A DNA stretch of 64,000 bases from Alphaproteobacteria bacterium (GTDB lineage: Bacteria > Pseudomonadota > Alphaproteobacteria > MPNO01 > UBA830), in assembly GCA_965243135.1 (NCBI GenBank), contig OZ251539.1, positions 5,312,001 through 5,376,000 of the forward strand, read 5' to 3'. Shown one piece after another: positions 39,873-49,707 of the stretch. Under the pieces are notes generated by a model that had not been told where the DNA came from, searched no databases, and was given only the letters and a program-made list of their open reading frames with translations. The position numbers and the translations under genes are program-made. The stretch's first letter is position 1, and every line of letters starts with the position of its first letter.

Positions 39873-40226
39873 ATGAAGATGACCATCGAACTCCCCGACG
39901 TCATGTTCCGGCAGGCCAAGGCGCTTGCCGCCGCTCGCGGCGTCACCCTGAGGCGTTTCTTCACCGAAGCGCTTGAGGTGCAGCTCCTGCACTGCGAGGG
40001 CGACAGTCGCGCCGGACAAGGGGGACCGATGGCCGGCTTCGGCGCGCTGTCCGATCTCGCGCATGAACACCGCCACGTCCTCGGCGTGATCGAGGAGGAG
40101 TTCGAGAAGCTCGCTCCCGAAGATCGCCCCATGATCCTCGATACCAACGCCTTGTCCGCATGGGCGGAAGGGCGCGCGGCAATCGAGGCCCATCTTCGCT
40201 CGGCGGAACGTCTGGAAGGACCGTGA
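39873..40226 (+). pseudogene. VapB-like RHH antitoxin read in frame into a truncated VapC (PIN) start
   Basis: MKMTIELPD.MFRQAKALAA.RG.TLR, then MILDTNAL at 40131, which stops after about 30 codons at the DUF4338 gene. Confidence 0.7.
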
Positions 40227-41110
40227 GTTACCGGTATTGCGGGCGGAAATTCTCGGAAGCCGACATCAACCTGATTCGCGATTTGATCGCGCAACGGAAC
40301 CCGCCTCTCAAACGCACGCCCCTCTCGCGCATCCTGTGCGAATGCCTCGACTGGCGCAAGCCCAACGGCGGTTTGAAAGATATGAGCGCTCGCGTCGCCC
40401 TGCTGCGGATGGAACGCGACGGCCTCATCGTTCTGCCGCCGTCGCAGCTCCGGTCCGTCCGCGTTCGCCGCCCAATTCCGCCGTCTCCCGAAACCGAACC
40501 GCCCCCGTTCCCAACTCCCGACCGTCTCGATCAAGTCCGTCCGCTGCGCATCGAACCCGTCCGCAGCGCCAGCGAAGGTCGCCTCTGGAACGCCTTCATC
40601 GACCGTTATCATTACCTCGGCTTTACTCCCATGCCTGGTGCCCAGATAAGGTACTTCGTCCGCTCCGCAGAGGGCGAACCCCTGGCCGTGCTCGGCTTCG
40701 GCGCCGCCGCGTGGAAGATTGCGCCACGGGACAAGCTGATCGGTTGGGACATCGAATGCCGCCAGCGCAATCTGCCTTTCGTCGTTAACAACGCGAGATT
40801 CCTTATACTGCCCTGGGTCAGAATCAAACGCCTTGCATCCCATATCCTCGCGCTGGTCGAGCGATGTTTGCCCGACGACTGGGACCGCCGCTACGCGTTG
40901 CGTCCAGTCCTGCTCGAGACCTTCTGCGAAATGCGGCGCTTCGAAGGAACCTGCTACCATGCAGCCAACTGGATCCGGGTCGGCAAAACGCAGGGCCGCG
41001 GCAAGCTCGACGTGAAAAACGAGTATGCGCTGCCGGTCAAGGATATCTGGCTGAAGCCCCTGCGGCGGGACTGGAAGAAGGTTCTCAATCGCGGACCATC
41101 GCCTGGGTAG
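40223..41110 (+). CDS. DUF4338-domain protein carried by an IS66-like element end
   Basis: RYCGR, YHYLG, NNARFLILPWV, LLETF, YHAANW, TQGRGKLD. Its stop overlaps the degenerate inverted repeat GGGTAGCGAACGCTTGC (41105-41121). Confidence 0.85.
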   Translation: MSYRYCGRKFSEADINLIRDLIAQRNPPLKRTPLSRILCECLDWRKPNGGLKDMSARVALLRMERDGLIVLPPSQLRSVRVRRPIPPSPETEPPPFPTPDRLDQVRPLRIEPVRSASEGRLWNAFIDRYHYLGFTPMPGAQIRYFVRSAEGEPLAVLGFGAAAWKIAPRDKLIGWDIECRQRNLPFVVNNARFLILPWVRIKRLASHILALVERCLPDDWDRRYALRPVLLETFCEMRRFEGTCYHAANWIRVGKTQGRGKLDVKNEYALPVKDIWLKPLRRDWKKVLNRGPSPG

Positions 41111-41272
41111 CGAACGCTTGCGGAGGCGGAAAAAGCTACCCGCTATCAACTCCGAAGTGCGATACTGGCGGTCGGCAATCCCTGTCGCCAAGGCAGTATG
41201 GGTTGGCCGGTGAGTCAAGGTGCCGGGGCGGCGGGCAGGATGGCTTCGCGCCCGGAGTTCTTGCCCGGCCGA

Positions 41273-41347
41273 TGGTGGGCGCGGCTGGGTTTGAACCAGC
41301 GGCCTCTCGCGTGTGAGGCGAGCGCTCTCCCGCTGAGCTACGCGCCC
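41273..41347 (-). tRNA. tRNA-Val(CAC)
   Basis: GGGCGCGTAGCTCAGCGGGAGAGC, anticodon loop CTCACAC, GGTTCAAACC, ending CCA; TTGACA upstream at 41386-41381. Confidence 0.97.
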
Positions 41348-41571
41348 AATGTCCGGCAATTAAGACCGGGAAGCGCAACCTGTCAAGCCGGGTGAATCGA
41401 GGATGGACCGCCCTCCGGATCTTCCGGACGGAGGCAAGCGGGCGTTTCGCGCTCGCCGCGAAACGGATCGAAAAGGTCGGCAAAGCGGCCGTCGGCGTTC
41501 TCGCGGCCGCCGCCGGACTTCGCCGCGCGCGGAAGCGAGGCCTTGTCTTCCGGCCCGCCTTTCGCCGGGAT

Positions 41572-42636
41572 TCAGCGAATGCGGCGCCCGTCCTCGCCGA
41601 ACAGGAAAAGGCGCTCGGGAGGGAAGCTCACGCCCAGAACGGCGCCTGCCGCGTAGGACGCGGCGCCGTCGGCCACCGCGATCAGATCCCGCTCGCCGCC
41701 GTAGTCGAAATAAAGCAGCGTATCCTTGCCCAGCGGCTCCACCAGATGGATCTTCTCCGAGAGATCGCCTGCCGCGCCGACGACAAGATGCTCGGGCCGG
41801 ATGCCGACGGTCGCGCGGCCCGGCGCGGCGTCCGCGAACGGAAGGTCGATCGCGACGCGCCCGCTCTCGAACCTGACCGACTCCCCGCTCCGGCGAATTT
41901 CCCCCGGAAACAGATTCATCGACGGACTGCCGAAGAAGTCGGCCACGAACTGCGAAACCGGGTCGCCGTAGATCTCGAGCGGCGTTCCGACCTGTTCGAT
42001 CTCGCCGCCGCGCATCACCACGATCCGGTCGGCGAGCGTCATCGCTTCTTCCTGGTCGTGGGTGACGTAGACGAACGTTCGCCCGAGCTCCTGATGGAGC
42101 CGGTCGACCTCGGCGCGCATCTCGCGCCGCAGCTTGGCGTCGAGGCTCGACAGCGGTTCGTCGAGCAGGTAGGTTCCGGGTTCCGTGATCAGGGTGCGCG
42201 CCAGCGCCACGCGCTGCGATTCGCCGCCCGAGCACTCGCCCGGCATCTTGTCGAGCAGATGGGCGATCCGGACCATTTCCGCCACCTCGAGCACGCGCCG
42301 CCGCCGCAGGTTCGCATCCATCTTCTGCATGCGCGGCCCGAACTCGATGTTCTGGGCGACCGTCTTGTGCGGAAACAGCGCGTGGCTCTGGAACACCATG
42401 CCGAGGCCGCGCTCGCCGGGCTCGAGATCGTTGATCGCCCTGCCGTTCATGAGGATCTCGCCGGCCGTGGGATCCTCGAACCCCGCGATCATGCGCAACG
42501 TCGTGGTCTTGCCGCAGCCGGACGGGCCGACCATGACCAGGAACTCGCCCTCCTCGATCGCGAGGTCGATGTTCTTGACGGCGACCACCGACCGGCCGAA
42601 TTCCTTGCGCAGCTTTCTGAGTTCGATTCGCGCCAT
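41572..42636 (-). CDS. CUT1 ABC transporter ATP-binding protein
   Basis: GPSGCGKT, CSGGESQR, LLDEP, THDQEEA. Confidence 0.92.
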   Translation of the reverse strand: MARIELRKLRKEFGRSVVAVKNIDLAIEEGEFLVMVGPSGCGKTTTLRMIAGFEDPTAGEILMNGRAINDLEPGERGLGMVFQSHALFPHKTVAQNIEFGPRMQKMDANLRRRRVLEVAEMVRIAHLLDKMPGECSGGESQRVALARTLITEPGTYLLDEPLSSLDAKLRREMRAEVDRLHQELGRTFVYVTHDQEEAMTLADRIVVMRGGEIEQVGTPLEIYGDPVSQFVADFFGSPSMNLFPGEIRRSGESVRFESGRVAIDLPFADAAPGRATVGIRPEHLVVGAAGDLSEKIHLVEPLGKDTLLYFDYGGERDLIAVADGAASYAAGAVLGVSFPPERLFLFGEDGRRIR

Positions 42637-43511
42637 TACCTTCTCACCATGCCGAAACTGAAGCCGCGGGCCAGATGCTTGCGGATCACCAGGCCGATGA
42701 TCACCAGCGGTATCGTGACGCCGACCGCGAGCGCCGCCTGCCGGCCGTAGACCCGGCCCTCGGTCGAACCCTCGTATTTGCTCAACTCGACGGGCAGCGT
42801 GACCACCTCCGTCTTGGACAGGATCAGCGCCAGCAGATATTCGCTCCATGTCAGGATCAGGATGAACAGGAAGGTCGCCACCAGGCCCGACCGGACCAGC
42901 GGCAGCACGACCTCCCAGATCGTTCGCCAGCGGCCGGCGCCCAGAATCATCGCGGCCTGCTCCACCTCCAGCGGCACCTCGTCGATGAAGCTCTTCGTCA
43001 TCCAGACCGCGTAGGGAAGGGTCGTCAGGAAGTAGACGGCGACCAGACCGATGACGGTGTCGAGCAGGCCGAGAGTCGCGTAGTAAAGCGAAAGCGGCGC
43101 GACGATGACGATCGGCGGCACCATGCGCAGCATCAGCAGTTGGAACATTCGCGTTTCCGAGATGATCCGGTAGCGCGAGGCGCCGTAGGCGATGATCGCT
43201 CCGAACCCGACCGCGAGGAAGGTCGAGGTCAGGGAGATGACCAGGCTGTTGCGGAGCGCGATCCAGGGCTTCTGCAGCGACTTGATGTACTGGGTGTCCT
43301 CGTATTCCGAGTAGTCGGTCCAGACGTTCAGGTAGTTCTTCAGGGTCGGCTCTTCGGACCAGTAGACGGGCGGCCAGGCGAACCATTCGTGATCCGGCTT
43401 GAACGACGTGGCGACGACCCAGAAGATCGGGAAGGCGACGATCGCCAGCCAGAGCAGCAGAACGGCGTAGCGTCCCGTCTCCGCGAGCCTCTTGCGGGTT
43501 CCGCGGGTCAC
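42636..43511 (-). CDS. CUT1 ABC permease
   Basis: EQAAMILGA (EAA loop), six TM segments. Confidence 0.9.
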   Translation of the reverse strand: MTRGTRKRLAETGRYAVLLLWLAIVAFPIFWVVATSFKPDHEWFAWPPVYWSEEPTLKNYLNVWTDYSEYEDTQYIKSLQKPWIALRNSLVISLTSTFLAVGFGAIIAYGASRYRIISETRMFQLLMLRMVPPIVIVAPLSLYYATLGLLDTVIGLVAVYFLTTLPYAVWMTKSFIDEVPLEVEQAAMILGAGRWRTIWEVVLPLVRSGLVATFLFILILTWSEYLLALILSKTEVVTLPVELSKYEGSTEGRVYGRQAALAVGVTIPLVIIGLVIRKHLARGFSFGMVRR

Positions 43512-44455
43512 CGCGCGGCCTCGCCGTACATCTGGTCGAGCGCCCGCTTCTCGCGGCGCAGCAGATGGATGGCCGCGAGCACGATGGCGATCATGATCAT
43601 CATCACGACGTAGGACATCGCCGCCCCTTTCGACACCTCGAAATACTGCCAGGTCGTGATGTAGAGGTAGATGGGGATGGTTTCGGTGGCCGAGCCCGGG
43701 CCGCCCTGGAACAGCGACCAGGCCTTGGGGAATTCGGCCATCGCCTCGAGGAAGCGCAGCACGATCGCGAGCACGATCACCGGACGCAGCAGCGGCAGCT
43801 GGATTTCCCGGAATATCCGCCATTTCGAGGCGCCGAGGACGCGGGCCGCCTCCTGCGGCTCCTTCGGCAGCGAGGCGAGGCCGGCGATCATGATGATGAA
43901 GGAGAAGGGCACCCAGTTCCAGATTTCGAGAATCATGACCGTGGTCAGCGCCATGCGGGCGTCCGCGAGCCAGATCACGTTCACGTCGCGGCCGGAGATC
44001 ATGCTCAGCACGTCGTTGATCGGCCCCTTCTGGTACAGCAGCATCTCGCCGGTGTAGGCGATCACGATCGGCACGGTGAGCATCGGCAGGATGAACGCGA
44101 TGTAGAAGAACGCCTGGCCGCGGAACGGGCGGTACATCAGGAGCGCGAGTCCGAAGCCGATGACGAAGCAGCCGAGGGTCGAGCCGCCCGCGAACAGCAG
44201 CGACCGGACGACGGCGGCGCCGAGCCGCGGGTCGGTGACGACCTCCTCGAAGATGTCCAGCGCCGCGAACTCGGCCTCCCACCAGCTGCCGAGGTAGATC
44301 GAGTATTCGTGGAAGGAGAAGTAGAGCTGGAGGAACAGCACCGGTGCCAGCACCGTTGCCATAAGCGCGAAGAAGACGCTCAAAACCGACCGCTTGAACC
44401 GGCGGACGGCCCGCGCCTGCGTCATTCCGCGCGCTGTCGCCGGTGCGTTGGTCAT
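43508..44455 (-). CDS. CUT1 ABC permease
   Basis: EAARVLGAS, QGGPG.ATET. Confidence 0.9.
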   Translation of the reverse strand: MTNAPATARGMTQARAVRRFKRSVLSVFFALMATVLAPVLFLQLYFSFHEYSIYLGSWWEAEFAALDIFEEVVTDPRLGAAVVRSLLFAGGSTLGCFVIGFGLALLMYRPFRGQAFFYIAFILPMLTVPIVIAYTGEMLLYQKGPINDVLSMISGRDVNVIWLADARMALTTVMILEIWNWVPFSFIIMIAGLASLPKEPQEAARVLGASKWRIFREIQLPLLRPVIVLAIVLRFLEAMAEFPKAWSLFQGGPGSATETIPIYLYITTWQYFEVSKGAAMSYVVMMIMIAIVLAAIHLLRREKRALDQMYGEAAR

Positions 44456-44471
44456 TCCTGCGGCTCCCGCC

Positions 44472-44504
44472 GATTCCGGAGGCGCGCGGCGCGCCTCCGG
44501 AATC
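44472..44504. terminator. Perfect 15-bp stem-loop after the substrate-binding gene
   Basis: GATTCCGGAGGCGCG-CGG-CGCGCCTCCGGAATC. Confidence 0.6.
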
Positions 44505-44510
44505 CGCCGA

Positions 44511-45944
44511 TCAGGTCGGGACGTCGACCTTGGGGAAGACGGCCTTGTAGCTCGCCAGCTCCTGCTTGAGCTTCCGCTTGCCGATCCGGCGGACGATCTT
44601 GCTCCAGGCTTCCTGCGTGTCCTTGAGCACGCGGTCCGCCTTCTTCTGCCCCACGTAGGCTTCGGACAGGTTCTTGGCGAGCTGGTCCTGGAACTCGAGG
44701 TAGCCGGTCAGGTAGATCGGCGGCGACGCGACCTTCAGGCAGGTTTCGATGGCGTCGATGCCGCCCGGGGTGTAGGCGGTCCTGACCTTGCCACTCGTCA
44801 TGTGTCCCTTGTGCCACGGATCGTGGAACGTGTTGACGCGGTCGGCGACGATTTCCTCGGAGTTCTTCAGCGTTCCCCACCACATCGCCATGTAGGCCGC
44901 CTTTTCCTTGTTCTTGGAGTGGCGGTTGACCAGGATCGCTCCCAGCGGCGAGGAGATGGAACGGTGGACGAGCTTGCCGGAGAACCGGGATCCGGGCGAC
45001 AGGCTGTAATGCCACTTGCCGGCGGTCTTCGACTTTTCGGGGTTCTCGTTGAGCGCGATGATGCCGTCCCAGTACTGGCACGAAAACGCCTTGCCGCCGG
45101 TGATCCGCGGGATCATCTGCGGGGTTCCCCAGCCCGGCGCCTCCGGATGCGAGACCTTCTTGACGTTCAGGTAGGTATCGACGGCGTAGCGTCCCGCGGG
45201 CGTGTCGAGCGTCGGGTTCATGTCGTCGTCGAACGGGAAGCCGCCCGCCGAGTAGAAGTACATGTACCACCACGTGACGCCGTTGGCGCGATTGCGCAGG
45301 TTGGCGGATCCGTACAGGTCCTGGTCGGGCCGGTGGAAGAACTCCATCAGCTGCTGGTCGTCCTCCCAGGTGACCGGATAATCCAGCTTCCTGCCGTGCT
45401 TGTCCTCGAACCGCTTACGCTCTTCCGGATTCTCCATCAGATCCTTGCGGGTGAACTGCACGTGCACGTTGCCGTCGGTCGGAACGCCGTAGGTCTTGCC
45501 CTTGTAACGCATGAAGTTGCCGTAGGTGCCGACCGCGTCGATGCCGAAGCTCGCCTTCTCCATGTAGTCGTCCAGCGGCTCGAGCAGCCCGGCCGAGGCG
45601 AGCGACGGGATCATGTTGGAGTCGACGTGGAAGAAGTCGAACTCCGGAGAGCGGGACAGCGCCTCGGCCATGGCGCGCTGCGGGATGACGAAGATCGAAA
45701 TGTCCTGGATGCTGCCGACCCCGATGCCGGTCGCCTGCTTGAAGCGCTCCATCGAGGGCGTCATGGCGACGTAATAGTTCGACCAGATCATGCCCTTCAG
45801 GTTGCCGCCGCCGAGCCCCTTGGCGGCGGCGACGATGTTCTCGTTCTCCGTCGCGGCGAACGCCAGGCGCGGCAGGCCCGCGGCTCCGAGCGCGGCCACG
45901 CTCAGTCCGCCCCCGACGACGCTTCGTCTCGTGATGTTGTTCAT
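44511..45944 (-). CDS. ABC substrate-binding protein with Tat signal
   Basis: MNNITRRSVV twin-Arg signal; SBP_bac_1-like motifs LLEPLDDY and PVTWED. Confidence 0.88.
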   Translation of the reverse strand: MNNITRRSVVGGGLSVAALGAAGLPRLAFAATENENIVAAAKGLGGGNLKGMIWSNYYVAMTPSMERFKQATGIGVGSIQDISIFVIPQRAMAEALSRSPEFDFFHVDSNMIPSLASAGLLEPLDDYMEKASFGIDAVGTYGNFMRYKGKTYGVPTDGNVHVQFTRKDLMENPEERKRFEDKHGRKLDYPVTWEDDQQLMEFFHRPDQDLYGSANLRNRANGVTWWYMYFYSAGGFPFDDDMNPTLDTPAGRYAVDTYLNVKKVSHPEAPGWGTPQMIPRITGGKAFSCQYWDGIIALNENPEKSKTAGKWHYSLSPGSRFSGKLVHRSISSPLGAILVNRHSKNKEKAAYMAMWWGTLKNSEEIVADRVNTFHDPWHKGHMTSGKVRTAYTPGGIDAIETCLKVASPPIYLTGYLEFQDQLAKNLSEAYVGQKKADRVLKDTQEAWSKIVRRIGKRKLKQELASYKAVFPKVDVPT

Positions 45945-46024
45945 TCCACTCGCCTCCCTTGATTGGATTGCGCGGCGAGAATAGCGGAACTCGGACGGCC
46001 GAACAACAAATTGCACTATCGGAA

Positions 46025-46050
46025 AATTTTTGGCATTTTGGAAAATTCCG
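46025..46050. promoter_or_regulatory. Candidate operator (second copy at 52144-52168)
   Basis: AATTTTTGGCATTTTGGAAAATTCCG versus AATTTTCGGCATCGGGAAAATTCCG. Confidence 0.5.
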
Positions 46051-46064
46051 CGAAGGGAGAATCG

Positions 46065-46922
46065 ATGAAAGCGGCGCCGTTCACCTATCACGCTCCCGAA
46101 TCGCTCGACGAACTCATGGGGCTGCTGCCCGGCATCGAGAACGCCAGGCTGCTCGCGGGCGGACAGTCGCTCGTGCCCATGCTGAACATGCGCTACGCGA
46201 CGCCGGATCATTTGGTCGACCTGAACGGGATCGCGGCCCTCTCCGGCGTTCGCGACCGGGGCGACGCGATCGAGATCGGCTCCATGACGCGCCAGGCGGC
46301 GCTGGCGGACGCGCTGGCGTCGTTTCCGGTCCTTGCGGACGCGCTGGCGCACGTCGGTCATTTCCAGACGCGGAACCGCGGCACGATCGGCGGCAGCCTG
46401 TGCCATCTGGATCCCTCCGCGGAACTGCCCTGCGTCGCCGCCGCCGTCGGCGCGCGGCTGGCGGTGCGCGGGCCGGACGGCGCGCGCGAAGCGGCAATGG
46501 CCGACTGGCCGGTTTCCTACATGACCCCCGATCTTCGGGAGAACGAGGTGCTGACCGCGATTCGCATCCCCAAGGACGCGGCTCTGGAGGGGCAGGCGTT
46601 CGAGGAGTTCGCGCGGCGGCACGGCGATTTCGCGATCGTCGGCGTGGCCGCCATGATCTCGCTCGACGGCGGCCGGGTGAAGCGGGCGGCGGTCGCCGTC
46701 GCCGGCGCGGGTCCGGTCCCGATCCGGCTCTCAGAAATCGAGGCCGCGCTCGAAGGCGAGGCCGCCGACGGCCCGGCCTTCGGCGAAGCCGCGGCTCAGG
46801 CCGCCGAAATCGACGCCATGGACGACGCTTACGCGAGCGCTTCCTACCGCCGGCGGCTCGCGGGCGTCCTCGTCGAGCGCGCGCTCGTCCGGGCGGCGGC
46901 GCGCGCGGGGGCGGCAGCATGA
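46065..46922 (+). CDS. Molybdenum hydroxylase FAD subunit (CoxM-like)
   Basis: AGGQSL, RNRGTIGGS, RRHGDFA. Confidence 0.9.
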   Translation: MKAAPFTYHAPESLDELMGLLPGIENARLLAGGQSLVPMLNMRYATPDHLVDLNGIAALSGVRDRGDAIEIGSMTRQAALADALASFPVLADALAHVGHFQTRNRGTIGGSLCHLDPSAELPCVAAAVGARLAVRGPDGAREAAMADWPVSYMTPDLRENEVLTAIRIPKDAALEGQAFEEFARRHGDFAIVGVAAMISLDGGRVKRAAVAVAGAGPVPIRLSEIEAALEGEAADGPAFGEAAAQAAEIDAMDDAYASASYRRRLAGVLVERALVRAAARAGAAA

Positions 46923-47386
46923 AGATCTCCCTGACGGTGAACGGACGGCGCCGCGAGGCGGAGGTCGAGGACCGCATGCATCTCGGCGACTTTCTCCGCC
47001 GCGAACTGCGCCTGACGGGCACGCATCTCGGTTGCGAGCACGGCGCCTGCGGCGCGTGCACCGTGCTGGTCGACGGCGCCGCGGTGCGGTCCTGCCTGAT
47101 GCTGGCGGTGCAGGCGCGGGGAACCGAGGTGACCACCGTCGAAGGACTCGCCGCGGACGGCGAGCTCTCGCCGCTGCAGCAGGCGTTCCGGGAGCATCAC
47201 GCGTTGCAATGCGGGTTCTGCACGCCGGGCATGCTGATGTCGCTGACCGCGTGGCTGCGCGACAACCCGGCGCCCGCCGAGCGCGACGTGCGGGAAGCGC
47301 TTTCCGGCAACATCTGCCGTTGCACCGGCTATCAGCCGATCGTGGCCGCGGCGCTCGCGGCGGCCGGCGGGAAGGAGAAGGTCTGA
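46919..47386 (+). CDS. Molybdenum hydroxylase 2Fe-2S subunit (CoxS-like)
   Basis: CEHGACGAC, QCGFCTPG, CRCTGY. Confidence 0.93.
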   Translation: MKISLTVNGRRREAEVEDRMHLGDFLRRELRLTGTHLGCEHGACGACTVLVDGAAVRSCLMLAVQARGTEVTTVEGLAADGELSPLQQAFREHHALQCGFCTPGMLMSLTAWLRDNPAPAERDVREALSGNICRCTGYQPIVAAALAAAGGKEKV

Positions 47387-49707
47387 TGGGCGTCAGGTAT
47401 TTCGGCGCCGAGGTGCGGCGCGTCGAGGATCCCAGGCTGATCACCGGAAACGGACGCTACGTCGACGACATCGAATTGCCCGGCATGCTGGAAGCCGCGT
47501 TCGTGCGCTCGACCCATGCGCACGCCCGGATTCGAGGGATCGACTCGTCGGCGGCCGCGGCGCTGCCCGGCGTGCGCGCGGTCCTGACGCTGGCGGATCT
47601 CGGCGACGGCTTTCGCGGCAAGGCGATGGTCCAGCCCTATCCGGCGCCCGTCCTGAAGCAGTCGATCACGCAGTATCCGCTCGCCGGCGAAGAGGTTTGC
47701 CACGTCGGCGAGGCGATCGCCGTCGTCGTGGCCGAAAGCCGGCACCTGGCCGAGGACGGCGCGGCGCTGGTCGAGGTCGACTACGAACCCCTTCCCGCGA
47801 TCGTCGATTGCCGCGAGGCGGCGGAACCGGGCGCGGCGCTCGCCCATGCGGGATCGCCGGACAACGTCGTCGCCGAGCTCGGGGCGCGTTTCGGCGACGT
47901 CGACGCGGCCTTCGGCCGCGCCGCCCACGTGTTCCGCGAACGCTTTCAGCAGCACCGCGGCGGCTGCCATGCGATGGAATGCCGCGGCGTGATCGCCGAA
48001 GACCGCCCGTACGAGGGGCTCACGATCCATTCGTCCACCCAGTGCCCGTACCTCGTGCGGCGGAACGTCGCCGCCTATCTCGGGCGCGACGAGGGACGCG
48101 TCCGGGTGATCGCGCCCGACGTCGGCGGCGGCTTCGGTCCCAAGGCGGGCGTCTACGCCGAGGAGATCGCGATACCGCTCGCCGCCTCCCGGCTCGGGCG
48201 GCCCGTGAAGTGGATCGAGGACCGGCGCGAGCACTTCGTGGCGACCAATACCCAGCGCGATCAGGCGTGGGATCTCGAGGCCTCGGTCGACGCCGACGGG
48301 AGGCTGCTCGCCGTGCGCGGACGGATCGTCCACGACAACGGCGCTTACGTGCCCTACGGGCTGCTTCTTCCCATGACGACGCTCACCCCGCTGCCCGGGC
48401 CATACGCCGTTCCGGCGCTCGACGTATCGATGACGGTCGTGTTCACCAACACCACGCCGAATTCTCCCATACGCGGCGCGGGACGGCCGAACGCGGCCTA
48501 CGCCATGGAGCGCCTGATGGCCCGGATCGCGCGCGAACTCGGCATCGACCAGGCGGAAGTCCGGCGGCGCAACTTCGTGCGGCCGGATCAGTTTCCCTAC
48601 GCCTGCGGCCAGAAGTTCCGCGACGGCTCGCCGATCAGATACGACAGCGGCGATTACGGCGGCTGCCTCGACAAGGCCCTGGCGCTCGCCGATTACGAGG
48701 GCTTTCCGCGGAGGCAGGCGGAGGCGCGCGCTCGCGGGCGCTATCTGGGCGTCGGCGTCTCCAGCTGCATAGAGGACACCGGCGTCGGCCCCTACGAAGG
48801 CGCGACGGTCCGCATCCAGCCCGACGGCAAGGTGCTGGTGCAGACGGGCGCGGCGAGCCAGGGGCAGGGCCACGCGACCATGCTGGCGCAGGTCTGCGCC
48901 GACCGTCTGGACGTCGGCGTCGACGACGTCCACGTGATCTCCGCCGACACGGGCATGTTTCCGCAGGGGGTGGGGACGATCGGCAGCCGGGTGGCGGTCA
49001 ACGCCTGCACGGCCGCGTTCTCGGCCGCGAACGAGGTGCGGGACAAGGCGCTGCGGCTCGCCGCCGAAGTCCTGGAGGCGTCGGTCGAGGATCTGTCGGT
49101 CGAGGACGGCGTCGTCCGGGTCGCCGGCGTTCCCGACATGAAGGTCTCGTACGGCGACCTCGCTCGGCAGCTGGCGCCGATGGTGGCGGGCAAGGTGCCG
49201 GAGGGTTTTTCGCCCGGTCTCGAAGCGACTTCGTGGGACGCCTCCGAGGGAATGCCGACCGCGGCCGGCTCCAACGTCGCGGAGGTCGAGGTGGACATCG
49301 GCACCGGCGAGGTGCGCGTGCTGCACTATTCGGTCGGGCACGACTGCGGCCGCATGATCAATCCGATGATGGTGGACGGCCAGATCGTCGGCGGCGTCGT
49401 GCACGGCATCGGAAACGCGCTGTTCGAACGCATGCATTACGACGAATCGGGACAGCCGCTGAACACGAACTACGGCGAGTATCTTCTGCCGCTCGCTTCC
49501 GAGATGCCGCCGGTCGCGATCGCCCATCAGGAGACGCCGTCGCCGTTCAATCCGCTCGGCATAAAGGGAGCAGGGGAGGGCGGCACGATTCCGGCGGCGC
49601 CCGCGGTGGTCGCCGCGATCGAAAACGCGCTCGAGCCGTTCGGCGCCGTCGTCGATGCCTATCCGGTCAGTCCGGAGGACATTTGCGCGCTGATCGACGC
49701 GGGATAG
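47386..49707 (+). CDS. Xanthine dehydrogenase-family molybdopterin subunit (CoxL-like)
   Basis: VGGGFGPK, PIRGAGRP, QGQGHAT, KGAGEGG. Confidence 0.92.
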   Translation: MGVRYFGAEVRRVEDPRLITGNGRYVDDIELPGMLEAAFVRSTHAHARIRGIDSSAAAALPGVRAVLTLADLGDGFRGKAMVQPYPAPVLKQSITQYPLAGEEVCHVGEAIAVVVAESRHLAEDGAALVEVDYEPLPAIVDCREAAEPGAALAHAGSPDNVVAELGARFGDVDAAFGRAAHVFRERFQQHRGGCHAMECRGVIAEDRPYEGLTIHSSTQCPYLVRRNVAAYLGRDEGRVRVIAPDVGGGFGPKAGVYAEEIAIPLAASRLGRPVKWIEDRREHFVATNTQRDQAWDLEASVDADGRLLAVRGRIVHDNGAYVPYGLLLPMTTLTPLPGPYAVPALDVSMTVVFTNTTPNSPIRGAGRPNAAYAMERLMARIARELGIDQAEVRRRNFVRPDQFPYACGQKFRDGSPIRYDSGDYGGCLDKALALADYEGFPRRQAEARARGRYLGVGVSSCIEDTGVGPYEGATVRIQPDGKVLVQTGAASQGQGHATMLAQVCADRLDVGVDDVHVISADTGMFPQGVGTIGSRVAVNACTAAFSAANEVRDKALRLAAEVLEASVEDLSVEDGVVRVAGVPDMKVSYGDLARQLAPMVAGKVPEGFSPGLEATSWDASEGMPTAAGSNVAEVEVDIGTGEVRVLHYSVGHDCGRMINPMMVDGQIVGGVVHGIGNALFERMHYDESGQPLNTNYGEYLLPLASEMPPVAIAHQETPSPFNPLGIKGAGEGGTIPAAPAVVAAIENALEPFGAVVDAYPVSPEDICALIDAG

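Noticed and set aside
40223-41110. Druantia defence system (DruA-like)
   Set aside because: No DruE helicase or other dru genes nearby, and the DUF4338 copies are tied to IS ends or transposases.
17590-41347. Integrative element between the two tRNAs
   Set aside because: No integrase, no duplicated tRNA 3' end noticed, and core-like genes (aapJQMP) lie inside.
47386-49707. Aerobic CO dehydrogenase form I
   Set aside because: The active-site loop is PIRGAGR rather than AYxCSFR, and there are no cox accessory genes.
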